From Candidatus Uhrbacteria bacterium (GTDB lineage: Bacteria; Patescibacteriota; Patescibacteriia; JACQRZ01): 64,000 bases of DNA. The notes beneath the pieces were generated by a model, which was not told the origin of the DNA, ran no database searches, and worked only from the letters and a program-made list of their open reading frames with translations. The translations under genes were made by a program, and so were the position numbers. Of this stretch, positions 38,413 to 47,817 are shown piece after piece (positions within the stretch are counted from its first letter, which is position 1; the number at the start of each line of letters is the position of its first letter). The stretch covers positions 5,435-69,434 of the forward strand of contig JACPMJ010000020.1 in the NCBI GenBank assembly GCA_016186045.1, read 5' to 3'.

Positions 38413-39807
38413 TTATTGTGCGGGGATTGGTTCTGCATATGCATCAGCTATCCATCCAAACGTATCATCTTGCAATATAATTTCATACCAACGATCTTTT
38501 TTTGAGCGATACGCATATATGTCTCCCGGTTTTATTTTTATGATAACCCCGCCATTTTTTGACGGCTTATTTCGTACATTGAGAAATCCGGTAGGCGTTT
38601 TCAAAACTTTCAGTTGAACAGTAGGAGGAGTATATGACGGAGAGGTGCTCGGTGCAGTAGGCGTAATCTCTTGTACGGGCGCTGGTGGCGCGAATATAGA
38701 CGGTAGCTGTTCCGATATCGGTTCCGGTGGCGGCGCGGGTGAGGATGCAGGTGATGAAGATCCATACTGATTAAATCCGCCGATAAGATTGTAGATGGGC
38801 AAGATAACCGAAAGAGCGACGCCTACCACGCCAAGCCAGATGACGATAAGAAGAATGGGCTCAAGGAGCGCGGAAAGATTTTGACTGCTCGCGCTACTTT
38901 TTTCCTCATAAAGACTTCCAATAGTTATGAATGTTTCCGCAAGTTTTCCCGATTGTTCACTTGCCGCGATCATACCTTGTATGGGGATAGGAACGAGGCG
39001 CGCATGCGCACGAAAGGAGCGGATGGCTTCAATGAGTGATGAGCCATCCTCAACCGTATTCGCGAGGTGTCTATAAAACTTTCTGTATACTCCCACCGAT
39101 GATGATTCTGAAAGGGAGCACAACGCCTCAACGATGGGAAGACCCGCGTGAAGCAGGGAGCCGAGAAGTGATCCAAGCCGCGCAAGTTCTACCTCCTGAA
39201 GAATACGGCGCACCGCGGGTATGTGGAAGAGTATGGACTGGCCAATGAAATTTGTTTTTTTGAAAAAAAACAAAAAATAGATGCCACATCCGATAAGCGC
39301 AAAAAAAATCGGGACGGCAATGATGCCGTAGAGTCGTAGAAATTCTCCAACACCCAAAAGCAGGCGGGTAAAAATAGGGAGATCCATCTTTAATTGGGAA
39401 AATACTGTGGACAGGTGAGGAAGTATGAACCACGCGATGCCAATGGTAACAATCACGGATATACAGAGAACAAAGAGCGGGTACATCATCGCCGAATGAA
39501 TCTTGCTTTGGAATATCCTGCTTTTTTTTTGTTCGGATACGATCATGCCGAGATGTTCGGAGAGCCGCCCGCTTTCTTCGCCCAGCCGTATGAGGGAGAG
39601 TGCGTGCGATGAGAGAGAGTTTGTTTTTTTGAGTGTTTGCCACAGCGGCATGCCACTGTCAAGATCGTCTTTCAGTGTTGCTATGATGCGTTTTGTGCGT
39701 GAAGATACCGTGCCATCTGAAAGAATGGTAAGCGTAGAAAACACATCCATGCCGGATGCGACCAGCATAGCGAAGTTTTCCAAGAAATAATCACGATCAT
39801 GTGCCAT
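38413..39807 (-). CDS. pilC: Type IV pilus platform protein PilC (GspF family) with C-terminal Pro-rich linker and SH3b-like domain
   Basis: GspF-like polytopic region. C-terminal ...SSPASSPAPPPEPISEQLPSIFAPPAP... then GFLNVRNKPSKNGGVIIKIKPGDIYAYRSKKDRWYEIILQDDTFGWIADAY (bacterial SH3-like). Confidence 0.8.
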   Translation of the reverse strand: MAHDRDYFLENFAMLVASGMDVFSTLTILSDGTVSSRTKRIIATLKDDLDSGMPLWQTLKKTNSLSSHALSLIRLGEESGRLSEHLGMIVSEQKKSRIFQSKIHSAMMYPLFVLCISVIVTIGIAWFILPHLSTVFSQLKMDLPIFTRLLLGVGEFLRLYGIIAVPIFFALIGCGIYFLFFFKKTNFIGQSILFHIPAVRRILQEVELARLGSLLGSLLHAGLPIVEALCSLSESSSVGVYRKFYRHLANTVEDGSSLIEAIRSFRAHARLVPIPIQGMIAASEQSGKLAETFITIGSLYEEKSSASSQNLSALLEPILLIVIWLGVVGVALSVILPIYNLIGGFNQYGSSSPASSPAPPPEPISEQLPSIFAPPAPVQEITPTAPSTSPSYTPPTVQLKVLKTPTGFLNVRNKPSKNGGVIIKIKPGDIYAYRSKKDRWYEIILQDDTFGWIADAYAEPIPAQ

Positions 39808-39813
39808 AGTTTC

Positions 39814-41541
39814 TTACATTTTTTGAGGAGGAACAGCGACGCGCAGAAGTTCTTCTATCGTGGTAATCCCTTGTTTTACCTTTTCAATGCCGTCTTCAAA
39901 CATGGGGAGCGATCCTTGTCTGTGCGCCAATGCTCTGATTTGTTGCATGGATGGATGTTTTAGTACGAGATCTTGCAATTCCGGGGTTGCGTGAATAAAT
40001 TCAAAAATGGCGGTCCTGCCTTTATATCCTGATCCATTACAAAGTTCACATTTCTTCCCCTTATACAGCGTGATGGTCGTTTCCTGAAAATATCCTTCTG
40101 CGTTGATCATTTTCTCAATCTCTTTTCTTGGCATTTTCGTACTCACACGGCAATGTTCGCAAATTTTTCGTATGAGTCGTTGGGAGATAATTAATTCAAG
40201 CGTTGAGGAGAGGAGAAACGGTTCAACACTCATATCCAAAAGCCGCGGAATAGCGGTTGCCGCGTCATTTGCGTGAAAGGTAGAAAAGAGGAGGTGGCCG
40301 GTAAGCGCGGCATTCACCGCTATCTCCGCCGTTTCTTCATCCCGTATCTCGCCTACGAGGATGATATTTGGATCTTGTCGGACGATAGAGCGCAGGCCTT
40401 TTGCATATGTGAGATTTGTCTGTGGATTTACCTGTATCTGATTGATGCCGGTTATTTTGTATTCCACGGGATCTTCAAGGGTGGTGATATTGATTTCCGG
40501 TCGATGGAGAAGCTTGATAAGGGAGTAGAGCGTGGTCGTCTTTCCCGATCCGGTAGGACCCGCCACGATAATCATGCCAAATGGTTTTTTTGAGGCGTTG
40601 ATGAGCAGGTCGTAGTGTTTTTGTGAGAGGCCGAGATGTGCAAGCGTCAGATCTTGCACATATTTTGCAAGCAGGCGGATGACCACCTTTTCTCCATCAA
40701 GAATTGGCGCGATGGACATGCGCATATCCACATGAGTTCCGTCTTTTTGAGTATATCGAATGGCTCCATCCTGCGCCGATGCGTGTTCATCCGTACGAAT
40801 ACGCGCCTGTACTTTGAGGCGATTGAGAATGTTTCCATAATATTCTTTTGAGACGCGTCCCGCCTCCTGAAGAACACCGTCAATGCGAAAACGGATAAGT
40901 GTCTCTTTTTCTTGCGGCTCAAAGTGAATATCTGACGCGCGAAACGAGAGCGCGTCCTCAAAAATCTGTTCGAGAATTTCTGGAACAATGCGTTTTTGCG
41001 CCTGAATAATTTCGTTGAATCGTGTCTGCAGGACGTGCCTATAGTAGAGAAATGCCGCATCTATATCCTCTGTCAGTGAGTAGGCGAGAATTATTTTTTT
41101 GCCGGGAAAAAGCTTTTTCAACTCTGTTTGAATATTTGCCAGCCACGGCGTATCTGTAGTGATCACGAGTTCTGTATCCTGTTTTTTAAAAATAACCGCC
41201 CGCAACGCCCGTGCTTTTTCTTCCGGAATTTCCAGTACGTGTTCTTTCTGCGCCGGATGCGAGTTCAGATCCGCGTAAGGTATATTTAGCGATTCCGCGA
41301 TCGCCTGACCGATAATATCTCGTGTCACGAATTCTTTTTGAACGAGCGCGCGTGCGAGGGGTATGGTATTTTTTTGTGAGAAGTTCTCCGCTGACGCCAT
41401 ATCATCTGCTGAGACGTAGTGGTTAGCCATGAGAATATCTTTCAGCCACGCATCCGTTCCATAGGCAATCTTTGCATCCGTTATGCCGGATACTTTTTCG
41501 TCTTTCACCGTGGATTCTTTTTTCTCCTGTTTTTTCTTCAT
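39814..41541 (-). CDS. pilB: Type IV pilus assembly ATPase PilB (GspE family)
   Basis: Walker A VAGPTGSGKTTTLYS and GspE N-terminal domains. A tetracysteine cluster is near the C-terminus. Confidence 0.85.
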   Translation of the reverse strand: MKKKQEKKESTVKDEKVSGITDAKIAYGTDAWLKDILMANHYVSADDMASAENFSQKNTIPLARALVQKEFVTRDIIGQAIAESLNIPYADLNSHPAQKEHVLEIPEEKARALRAVIFKKQDTELVITTDTPWLANIQTELKKLFPGKKIILAYSLTEDIDAAFLYYRHVLQTRFNEIIQAQKRIVPEILEQIFEDALSFRASDIHFEPQEKETLIRFRIDGVLQEAGRVSKEYYGNILNRLKVQARIRTDEHASAQDGAIRYTQKDGTHVDMRMSIAPILDGEKVVIRLLAKYVQDLTLAHLGLSQKHYDLLINASKKPFGMIIVAGPTGSGKTTTLYSLIKLLHRPEINITTLEDPVEYKITGINQIQVNPQTNLTYAKGLRSIVRQDPNIILVGEIRDEETAEIAVNAALTGHLLFSTFHANDAATAIPRLLDMSVEPFLLSSTLELIISQRLIRKICEHCRVSTKMPRKEIEKMINAEGYFQETTITLYKGKKCELCNGSGYKGRTAIFEFIHATPELQDLVLKHPSMQQIRALAHRQGSLPMFEDGIEKVKQGITTIEELLRVAVPPQKM

Positions 41542-41553
41542 AGAAGGGAAATA

Positions 41554-41928
41554 TTATGCAAAGAACGCATTGATATGGTGTACCACATCGCTCAAAGATG
41601 TCTCTGATTTTACAAAAAACCGTTGCGCGCCGAGTTTTTTACATATCGCCGCGTCTTCTTCTTGGCAGAGATTTGTCAGTACAAAGACGGGAGTGGATTT
41701 CTTCAGCGAGCGCAATACCTCAAATCCATCCGTATTCGGCATAATGATATCAAGAAGAAGAAGATCAAAGGAGTGTTTCTCAAGGAGAGCGAGGGCTTCA
41801 TCTCCATCATATGCGTGAACAATCTCATATCCTTGATGAAAAAGCTTGAGTCCAAGCGTCTGGGCGATAGGTTTTTCATCCTCCACGATAAGAATCCTTT
41901 TCTGTTGATTTTTTTTCTTTATCGGCAT
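41554..41928 (-). CDS. Single-domain response regulator (CheY-like receiver, no output domain)
   Basis: ILIVEDEKPIA...DLLLLDIIMPNTDGFEVLRSLKK.... Confidence 0.75.
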   Translation of the reverse strand: MPIKKKNQQKRILIVEDEKPIAQTLGLKLFHQGYEIVHAYDGDEALALLEKHSFDLLLLDIIMPNTDGFEVLRSLKKSTPVFVLTNLCQEEDAAICKKLGAQRFFVKSETSLSDVVHHINAFFA

Positions 41929-41932
41929 ACTG

Positions 41933-43330
41933 TTATGGATGTTGAATAAGGAGAGATCGGTTTCCACGTTTTTTACGCATTCCCGTACTGGGGAATGAAA
42001 AAAAAAATGTCGTTCCTGTTCCTTCTTCTGAGGTGAACCAAATGTCACCTCCGGATTCGTCTACAAGAAGCTTTACCAAGTACAGGCCGAGTCCATTTCC
42101 ATTCGGATAGGTCGTCCGTGTATTGTGGGCGCGAAAAAGTTTGGAAAATATTTTTGGCTGGTCTTTTTTTGGAATGCCAATACCTGAGTCCGTCACAGAG
42201 ATGATAATACGCTCTTCTTCTTTTTTCGCGCAGATCGAGATCGTGCCGCCCGGAGGCGTATACTCAATGGCATTTGCAATAATATTTTGTATGATCGCAT
42301 GAAAAATCCTCTGATCGCAGGCAAATGAACCGATCGTGTGAGCGATCTTTTTTTTGAGAATAAGTTTTTTCTGTATGATGCGCTCTGTGTATTCTGCACT
42401 CGCGGTAGATATCAGCGACCGGAGGGCATAGGGTTTGAGTGCAATGGCGAGAGTACCAAGGTGAACGCGTGAGACATTTAAAAAGAGATGCACGAGATCT
42501 GTCATGCGATATGCAGAGTCTTCGATTCCTACTATGTATTCTTTTTGTTTTTCAGTGAGCTTTCCCGCTTCGCCATCGAGAAGCATCTCAAGAAGCCAGT
42601 GTATATTGGTGAGGGGCGTGCGTAGTTGATGGGATGCGAGAGAGACAAACTCATCTTTTGCACGATTGATACGTCGTTCTTTTGTGGCATCACGAAAGAC
42701 GATAACAACGCCTTGAGCCGTGCCGTGCCGATCATGTATCGGCGCGATAGTAGTTCCGAGAGGAAGAATAGCGCCTTCTTTTGTCCGAAGCGTGATACAG
42801 GAAGAGCAGGTTGATGTATGCCGCGCAGAAAGAATCGTCTCTAAACGCTGATTTTTTTTTGATTGTTCATGCGTATGCGTAAAGGAAAATGAGCGTGTGA
42901 ATGCGGCATGATACATATCTTTTTTTGAAAATCCGGAGATGATTTCCGCCGCGGCATTCCAGAGGATAATCCGTCCCTGTGTGTCAACGACACAGACACC
43001 ATCGCCAATACTTTCTAGAAAAATCCGCTCTCGTTGGCGATACGTATTGGTAATAAGAAGGACACGTGCGACTCCCCAAGCGGTAAGGATAGTGGCACAC
43101 ATCGCAATACCGTAGAGAAAGAGTGTAAATTGAAATCCAACACTTGTGAAAGAATCAAAATATATCATTGTAAGAGCAACAGGAAAAAGGATTGCAAAGA
43201 GTATGACGAAAAAAAATAGTATATCATGAAGTGCTGGTATTTTTTTAAACGTAAAAAATGCTCGAATGTGTGGTTGAGAAAAAGTCATAGCATGGAAATA
43301 TACAAAAAAATTGTGGATCTTTGAGAGCAC
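41933..43330 (-). CDS. Membrane sensor histidine kinase with PAS domain
   Basis: N-terminal TM segments, a PAS-like region (FLESIGDGVCVVDTQGRIILWNAAAEIISG), H-box EFVSLASHQLRTPLT and an HATPase_c region (DSGIGIPKKDQPKIFSKLFRA...GLGLYLVK). The start is either GTG 43330 or ATG 43288. Confidence 0.75.
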   Translation of the reverse strand: MLSKIHNFFVYFHAMTFSQPHIRAFFTFKKIPALHDILFFFVILFAILFPVALTMIYFDSFTSVGFQFTLFLYGIAMCATILTAWGVARVLLITNTYRQRERIFLESIGDGVCVVDTQGRIILWNAAAEIISGFSKKDMYHAAFTRSFSFTHTHEQSKKNQRLETILSARHTSTCSSCITLRTKEGAILPLGTTIAPIHDRHGTAQGVVIVFRDATKERRINRAKDEFVSLASHQLRTPLTNIHWLLEMLLDGEAGKLTEKQKEYIVGIEDSAYRMTDLVHLFLNVSRVHLGTLAIALKPYALRSLISTASAEYTERIIQKKLILKKKIAHTIGSFACDQRIFHAIIQNIIANAIEYTPPGGTISICAKKEEERIIISVTDSGIGIPKKDQPKIFSKLFRAHNTRTTYPNGNGLGLYLVKLLVDESGGDIWFTSEEGTGTTFFFSFPSTGMRKKRGNRSLLIQHP

Positions 43331-43431
43331 CTACTTATTAATACTTATAATTATAGTATAGCAAAAAAAATAACAGCGAGCTATTAAGATGCAGTGTTTT
43401 GCGGCGGGAAGCAGTTTCTGTAAACCATTTG

Positions 43432-44664
43432 CTATCGTACGCGAAACCAATGGCGCTTTCCGATTTTTATGATGGTTCCTTTTTTAAGCGGTGAAATTTT
43501 AAGTGGTGGATCGGAGGGGGTAACGTCGCCAATGGTAACGCCGCGTTGAGTGATAAGCCGCCGAATATCGCTATTGCTTTTTTCTTTTTGAGAAAAGCAC
43601 GCGCGCACGATGTCAAAGACGGTACCTGCGGTGGCGGGAATTGAGATGGAGGGAATATCCGCCGGTGTTTCTTTTTTACTGAATGTGTTTGTGAACCACT
43701 CGCGTTCTTGATCTGCGGATGTTTCTCCGTGATATCTTTTGACGACTTCCCATGCGAGCCGGAGTTTTGCCTTCATGGGGTCAGAGGGGATGCTGTCTTT
43801 TTCGATACGCGCGATGTCGGAAAGAGAGAGATCTGTGTAGACTTTGAAATACTCAATGATCAGTGAGTCAAGAAGTGTCATGATTTTGCCGAATTTTTCT
43901 CGTGGAGAAAATGTAAGGCCTACGTAATTTCCCAGACTTTTGCTTTGTTTTTCTTTACCATCTAGTCCGTGCGTGATTTTGGTCGTGATGACTACTTGCG
44001 CGGGCTGTCTGAATTTTTCTTGGAAGAACCGTCCCATCATCTCGTTGTAGAGCTGATCGGAGCCGATAATGGTCGCGTCCGCCTTGAGCATGACAGAGTC
44101 ATATCCTTGAAGGAGGGGGTAGACGAGTTCGTGTTCATATATCTCTTTTCCCTCTTGGATGCGTGCGCGAAACATATCCCTGCTCATCAAGCGATCGTGT
44201 GTGACCATGGACATCAGCGAGAGGAGCTGTTTGACCGGCATCTTGTCGTACCACTCGGAATTCTTTCGTATCTCAAGCGCCGCTGGTTCTTTATGAAGCA
44301 CGAGAAGCGCTTGTCGCATGAACTCCTTGGTATTTTTTCGTATGTCTTCAAGCGGGATAATCGGACGCAGTTTATTCCGTCCGCTCGGGTCTCCGATCTG
44401 CGTGGTAAAGTCTCCAATGAGAAAAATAACTTTATGTCCGAACTCCTGCAGTTTGCGATACATCCAGAGATTGACCGCATGTCCCATGTGCAGATCCGGA
44501 GCCGTCACATCCACGCCATATTTAAAGCGAAGCTGTCTGCCGGAGAGAAGAAGCTTTTTGAACTCTTCCAGAGAGATTATCTCTTCAGTCGTGCGGCTGA
44601 ATAATACAAGAAGCGCCTCGAGTGAAGCGGGATCGGAAATAATTTTTTTCTTTGCTGTGGACAT
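43432..44664 (-). CDS. tyrS: Tyrosine--tRNA ligase
   Basis: DLHMGHAVNLWMYRKLQEFGHKVIFLIGDFTTQIGDPSGR (HIGH region, TyrRS-like), KQSKSLGN (KMSKS-like) and a C-terminal S4-like domain. Confidence 0.75.
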   Translation of the reverse strand: MSTAKKKIISDPASLEALLVLFSRTTEEIISLEEFKKLLLSGRQLRFKYGVDVTAPDLHMGHAVNLWMYRKLQEFGHKVIFLIGDFTTQIGDPSGRNKLRPIIPLEDIRKNTKEFMRQALLVLHKEPAALEIRKNSEWYDKMPVKQLLSLMSMVTHDRLMSRDMFRARIQEGKEIYEHELVYPLLQGYDSVMLKADATIIGSDQLYNEMMGRFFQEKFRQPAQVVITTKITHGLDGKEKQSKSLGNYVGLTFSPREKFGKIMTLLDSLIIEYFKVYTDLSLSDIARIEKDSIPSDPMKAKLRLAWEVVKRYHGETSADQEREWFTNTFSKKETPADIPSISIPATAGTVFDIVRACFSQKEKSNSDIRRLITQRGVTIGDVTPSDPPLKISPLKKGTIIKIGKRHWFRVR

Positions 44665-44740
44665 ATTTCACCACTCTCAATTTAATAGGACAAATGCTCT
44701 ATAGATAGTATACGGAATTTTTTTGAAAAAGAGAAGCACT

Positions 44741-44778
44741 TTAAAATAAAAGCCGCCATTCATTTTTTGAAAAGCGGC
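44741..44778 (-). terminator. Rho-independent terminator after the 44797-45774 gene (minus strand)
   Basis: On the minus strand: agccgc-ttttcaaaaaatgaatg-gcggct followed by ttttatttta. Confidence 0.5.
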
Positions 44779-44796
44779 TGGAAATCTGTTTTCTCC

Positions 44797-45774
44797 TCAT
44801 GAGGGAGTTTTTGACCCAAGATATGCGATGAGGCCATCCTCCTCCTCCAGAGAGAAGTCTATCTCAAGCGTCTTCCATGTTCCCATAATGGCGATGAACA
44901 GGCACGCGAGTATGATGCCAATTCCGATCAATGACCAGTTGAACGATGGAAGTCCGAGGAAAAGAATAAATAGCGCAAGCGCTCCGATACAAGCCGCTCC
45001 CCAATTTCTTACCATGCGCGCGCGTCGAAATTTTTCTATCTGCTCAAGGCAGGATGTTTGAATCTCCTCCAATGAAAGCAGTGTCTCTATCTGCGAGTCG
45101 GTCCAGTATGCGATGAGCCAATACGCACTGTCCCGCCAGCCAAAGAGCGCGAAGTATTGCGGATACGCGCTTGGATGAGATGCGCGAAGCTGGAAATCCT
45201 TGAATGCTTCAGTGCGTTTGTACTCTGTCCATTTTTTGCGAAGCTCATATGGCAGAGTATGCGGAAAGTCAGAGAGAGTATTTTCCGACATGGACGAGTT
45301 TGAGTACGAGCGTGGAAGGAAGAATTTCCACATTGTATGCTCTTGCCGAGAAAGCGCCGGGACCGTTGGTTTGCGATGCTTTTCTTCTTCCAGTTTTTTC
45401 AGCTTTTCTTTGTCATAGTCCATGGAGACATCATAGGGAGCCTCCTCGTCGTCCTTTTTTTGTCTTTCTTTCGTATTCTTTTTGAGATCTTTGATTTTTT
45501 TCTCGAGTCTGCTTCGCTCTTCGAATTCTTTGAGCCGCTGTTCGTTTTTCTCGCGATCCTCTTCGAGTTTTTTTAGCCGCTGTTCATCTACTTCGCGTTC
45601 TGATGGATCCGTGGATTTTTTGATTTTTTCTTTCAGCTTCTTTATTTCTGCAAAAAGTCCTTTGAGCTTTCCTTTGAGTTTCTTTACCTCCGTCTCTGCA
45701 TTCACTCCATAAAATTTCGACTCAGGAACTGGCAGGGGATCAACGAATCGTACGTTGAATTCGGACATATCCAT
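44797..45774 (-). CDS. Hypothetical protein: K/E-rich coiled-coil N-terminal half, C-terminal transmembrane helices
   Basis: Intact 325-aa ORF. Highly charged repeats (KKLEEDREKNEQRLKEFEERSRLEKKIKDLKK) and 2 TM helices at the C-terminus. Confidence 0.45.
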   Translation of the reverse strand: MDMSEFNVRFVDPLPVPESKFYGVNAETEVKKLKGKLKGLFAEIKKLKEKIKKSTDPSEREVDEQRLKKLEEDREKNEQRLKEFEERSRLEKKIKDLKKNTKERQKKDDEEAPYDVSMDYDKEKLKKLEEEKHRKPTVPALSRQEHTMWKFFLPRSYSNSSMSENTLSDFPHTLPYELRKKWTEYKRTEAFKDFQLRASHPSAYPQYFALFGWRDSAYWLIAYWTDSQIETLLSLEEIQTSCLEQIEKFRRARMVRNWGAACIGALALFILFLGLPSFNWSLIGIGIILACLFIAIMGTWKTLEIDFSLEEEDGLIAYLGSKTPS

Positions 45775-45910
45775 GGAATATCCTCCTTGTATTCTTCATG
45801 CGATTGCACCGTATTGTATTGTAATGAGCAAAAAAATGATATATCCACCATAGCACAAAATCCTTATTTTGTCAAGGGTTTTTGGGTATTTTTGCCTTAT
45901 TTTTAAGCTT

Positions 45911-46894
45911 TTAGTCCTCAAACGTCAGGCAGTATTCCTTTGGTTTCATGTCTTCTTTTACCACATCGGCCCATGAAGGGTCGATATCGGAAACACGTCG
46001 GATTTTTTCTTTATGTCTACACAGTGGATCAATAGCGCGTGATTTGCAGAAGACTTTTGTATCGCCGTCCTTGCATTTCAAAGAATACGGCGTTTCATGG
46101 TTGAGCCGTTTGAAAAGTTTTTGAAGATGCAGGTCGGTTTCATGATGGAGAGCGATTTTTTTTAATACCTCCGTATCCGTTGTGAACAGATCTTTGTATA
46201 TGATATATTTTTTTGCAAGCGCGTATTTTATATAATCTCCGACCGTACGAAACATGAGAAGCGTGGGAACGCCGCTCCAGTAGGTATCATTGAGAAGTTT
46301 GAATTTTTCAGAAAAAAGTCGAGCAGATGTGTATGTGCGGAATATCCAGATGTTTTTTTCAACGGTAAGGTCGGCAAGTATGCGGTCATTTTCATTTTTT
46401 TCCGTTATACCAAAGACGCGTGCGCCGCGCAGGGAGTAATCTATGCGGTCTGCGCAGATGTCCGGTAGAGAGTTTTCTTGCAGTGGAAAGTTTTTCTCGT
46501 CAAGAATATATGCGGAATCAATGCCATGTCGTGTGAGAATTTCAGGAATATTCGTGGTAAGAACATACGATTCAAAAATGTCATCTTGGTAGCTTAAGTT
46601 TTTTTCCGAACCTTCTTCAAGCGCGTAATCAATGCAATGGGAAAAGGTTGCGTGTGATGCGTCATGGATGAGCCCCGCGATTTGTTCTTTGAGTGGCGCG
46701 CCATATGTTTTCAAAAGAAGGCATACGCCCACTGAATGTTCAAAGCGGGAGTGCCGCGTACCTGGAAAATACGGCTCAAAATATCCCGCCTGATCTACGT
46801 CTTTGAGGCGCTGGATCGCAGGGCATGCGATAAGCTCGAGGAGAACCGGATCGGTAATGGTTTGTTCGCCGTATATGCGGTCATTGATATGCAT
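45911..46894 (-). CDS. HD-domain phosphohydrolase (COG1078-like)
   Basis: RFEHSVGV (HD-domain His) and LIHDASHATFSH (HD motif). Confidence 0.6.
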   Translation of the reverse strand: MHINDRIYGEQTITDPVLLELIACPAIQRLKDVDQAGYFEPYFPGTRHSRFEHSVGVCLLLKTYGAPLKEQIAGLIHDASHATFSHCIDYALEEGSEKNLSYQDDIFESYVLTTNIPEILTRHGIDSAYILDEKNFPLQENSLPDICADRIDYSLRGARVFGITEKNENDRILADLTVEKNIWIFRTYTSARLFSEKFKLLNDTYWSGVPTLLMFRTVGDYIKYALAKKYIIYKDLFTTDTEVLKKIALHHETDLHLQKLFKRLNHETPYSLKCKDGDTKVFCKSRAIDPLCRHKEKIRRVSDIDPSWADVVKEDMKPKEYCLTFED

Positions 46895-46905
46895 AGTGCG
46901 TGTAT

Positions 46906-47481
46906 TTACATTTCATAGACATATAAGCGTCGTCCCAGTGCATGTTCCGACCGACGGAGATCTATGGTTTCAACAGGATCTTTATGCTTGAATTGAAAAT
47001 CGCAGGACACAATCCGCGTTCCTTTTTTGCATTCTTTTTGGAATTTTGGCAAAAGATCATCCATGACTTTTGGGAAGAGATACACGAAGATATGCGTGGC
47101 GTCAGAGATGTCTTCCTTGAAAAAATTTCCCTTACGGATAGTGATGGTGTGAGGTTTTTGTATGTTTTGCAAACGAATCCATGCGAGAAAACGGGGAAGA
47201 AACGCAACATCTATGCCTTGGTAAAATGCCGCAGGATACTGCGCATGGCAGGCGGCTAATATCCGTGCATCGCCACAGCCAAGATCATAGACCATGCTTC
47301 CCTGGTTGATATGCAGGGCGTTCACAATATGTGGGATAATTTTTTTTGGCACTGGGACAAATGGCGCGTTCTGCACCACTACCGTGCGCCAGAAATTGTC
47401 AATAGTGCATACTGCCATGAGAACAGAGATACCGAGAAGGATGATAAGAAATATTGTGGCTATAATAAGAGACATAGGCAT
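46906..47481 (-). CDS. Class I SAM-dependent methyltransferase with N-terminal membrane anchor
   Basis: Motif I VYDLGCGDARIL. Confidence 0.55.
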   Translation of the reverse strand: MPMSLIIATIFLIILLGISVLMAVCTIDNFWRTVVVQNAPFVPVPKKIIPHIVNALHINQGSMVYDLGCGDARILAACHAQYPAAFYQGIDVAFLPRFLAWIRLQNIQKPHTITIRKGNFFKEDISDATHIFVYLFPKVMDDLLPKFQKECKKGTRIVSCDFQFKHKDPVETIDLRRSEHALGRRLYVYEM

Positions 47482-47555
47482 AAGTAATGGACTTCAATCG
47501 GGCTGCGCGGAATCGAATCCTGTTATCTACCCGGCTTCTAAAAAACTCACTTCTG

Positions 47556-47577
47556 TCATCCTGAATGAAACATTTAT
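47556..47577. repeat. Fragment (3' end) of the structured-repeat family, inverted, adjacent to tRNA-Pro
   Basis: Its reverse complement ttcaggatgacagaagtgagtt is identical to the 3' end of copy 4 (51742-51763). Confidence 0.45.
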
Positions 47578-47615
47578 GAAGCCAGGCGAAGTCTCGTCGC
47601 TTCCCCGTCTCATTC

Positions 47616-47686
47616 TCGGGGTGGAGAGAATCGAACTCTCACTACAAGACCCCCAGCCTCGCGTACTACCACTATACTACACCCCG
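47616..47686 (-). tRNA. tRNA-Pro (anticodon GGG), 71 nt, CCA not encoded
   Basis: Manual cloverleaf: acceptor CGGGGUG/CACCCCG with C1:G72 (a bacterial tRNA-Pro identity element). D-arm GUAU-AGUGGUA-GUAC. Anticodon arm CGAGG-CUGGGGG-UCUUG. T-arm GAGAG-UUCGAUU-CUCUC. Discriminator A. Confidence 0.7.
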
Positions 47687-47817
47687 AGAATGAGACCGAC
47701 CAATGCTTGCGTACTACCGGTATACATCAGCGCGGAACCCTTTCTATTATGGAGTATTGGAACGGTTGTTGCAAGGAGGCGGGATAATTTGACGCATCTT
47801 TTTTTTACCAGTATTAT

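Noticed and set aside
47490-47545. Possible second tRNA suggested by a T-loop-like GGAATCGAATCC
   Set aside because: No acceptor, D or anticodon stems could be built around it in either orientation. It is treated as part of the degraded repeat or insertion scar next to tRNA-Pro.
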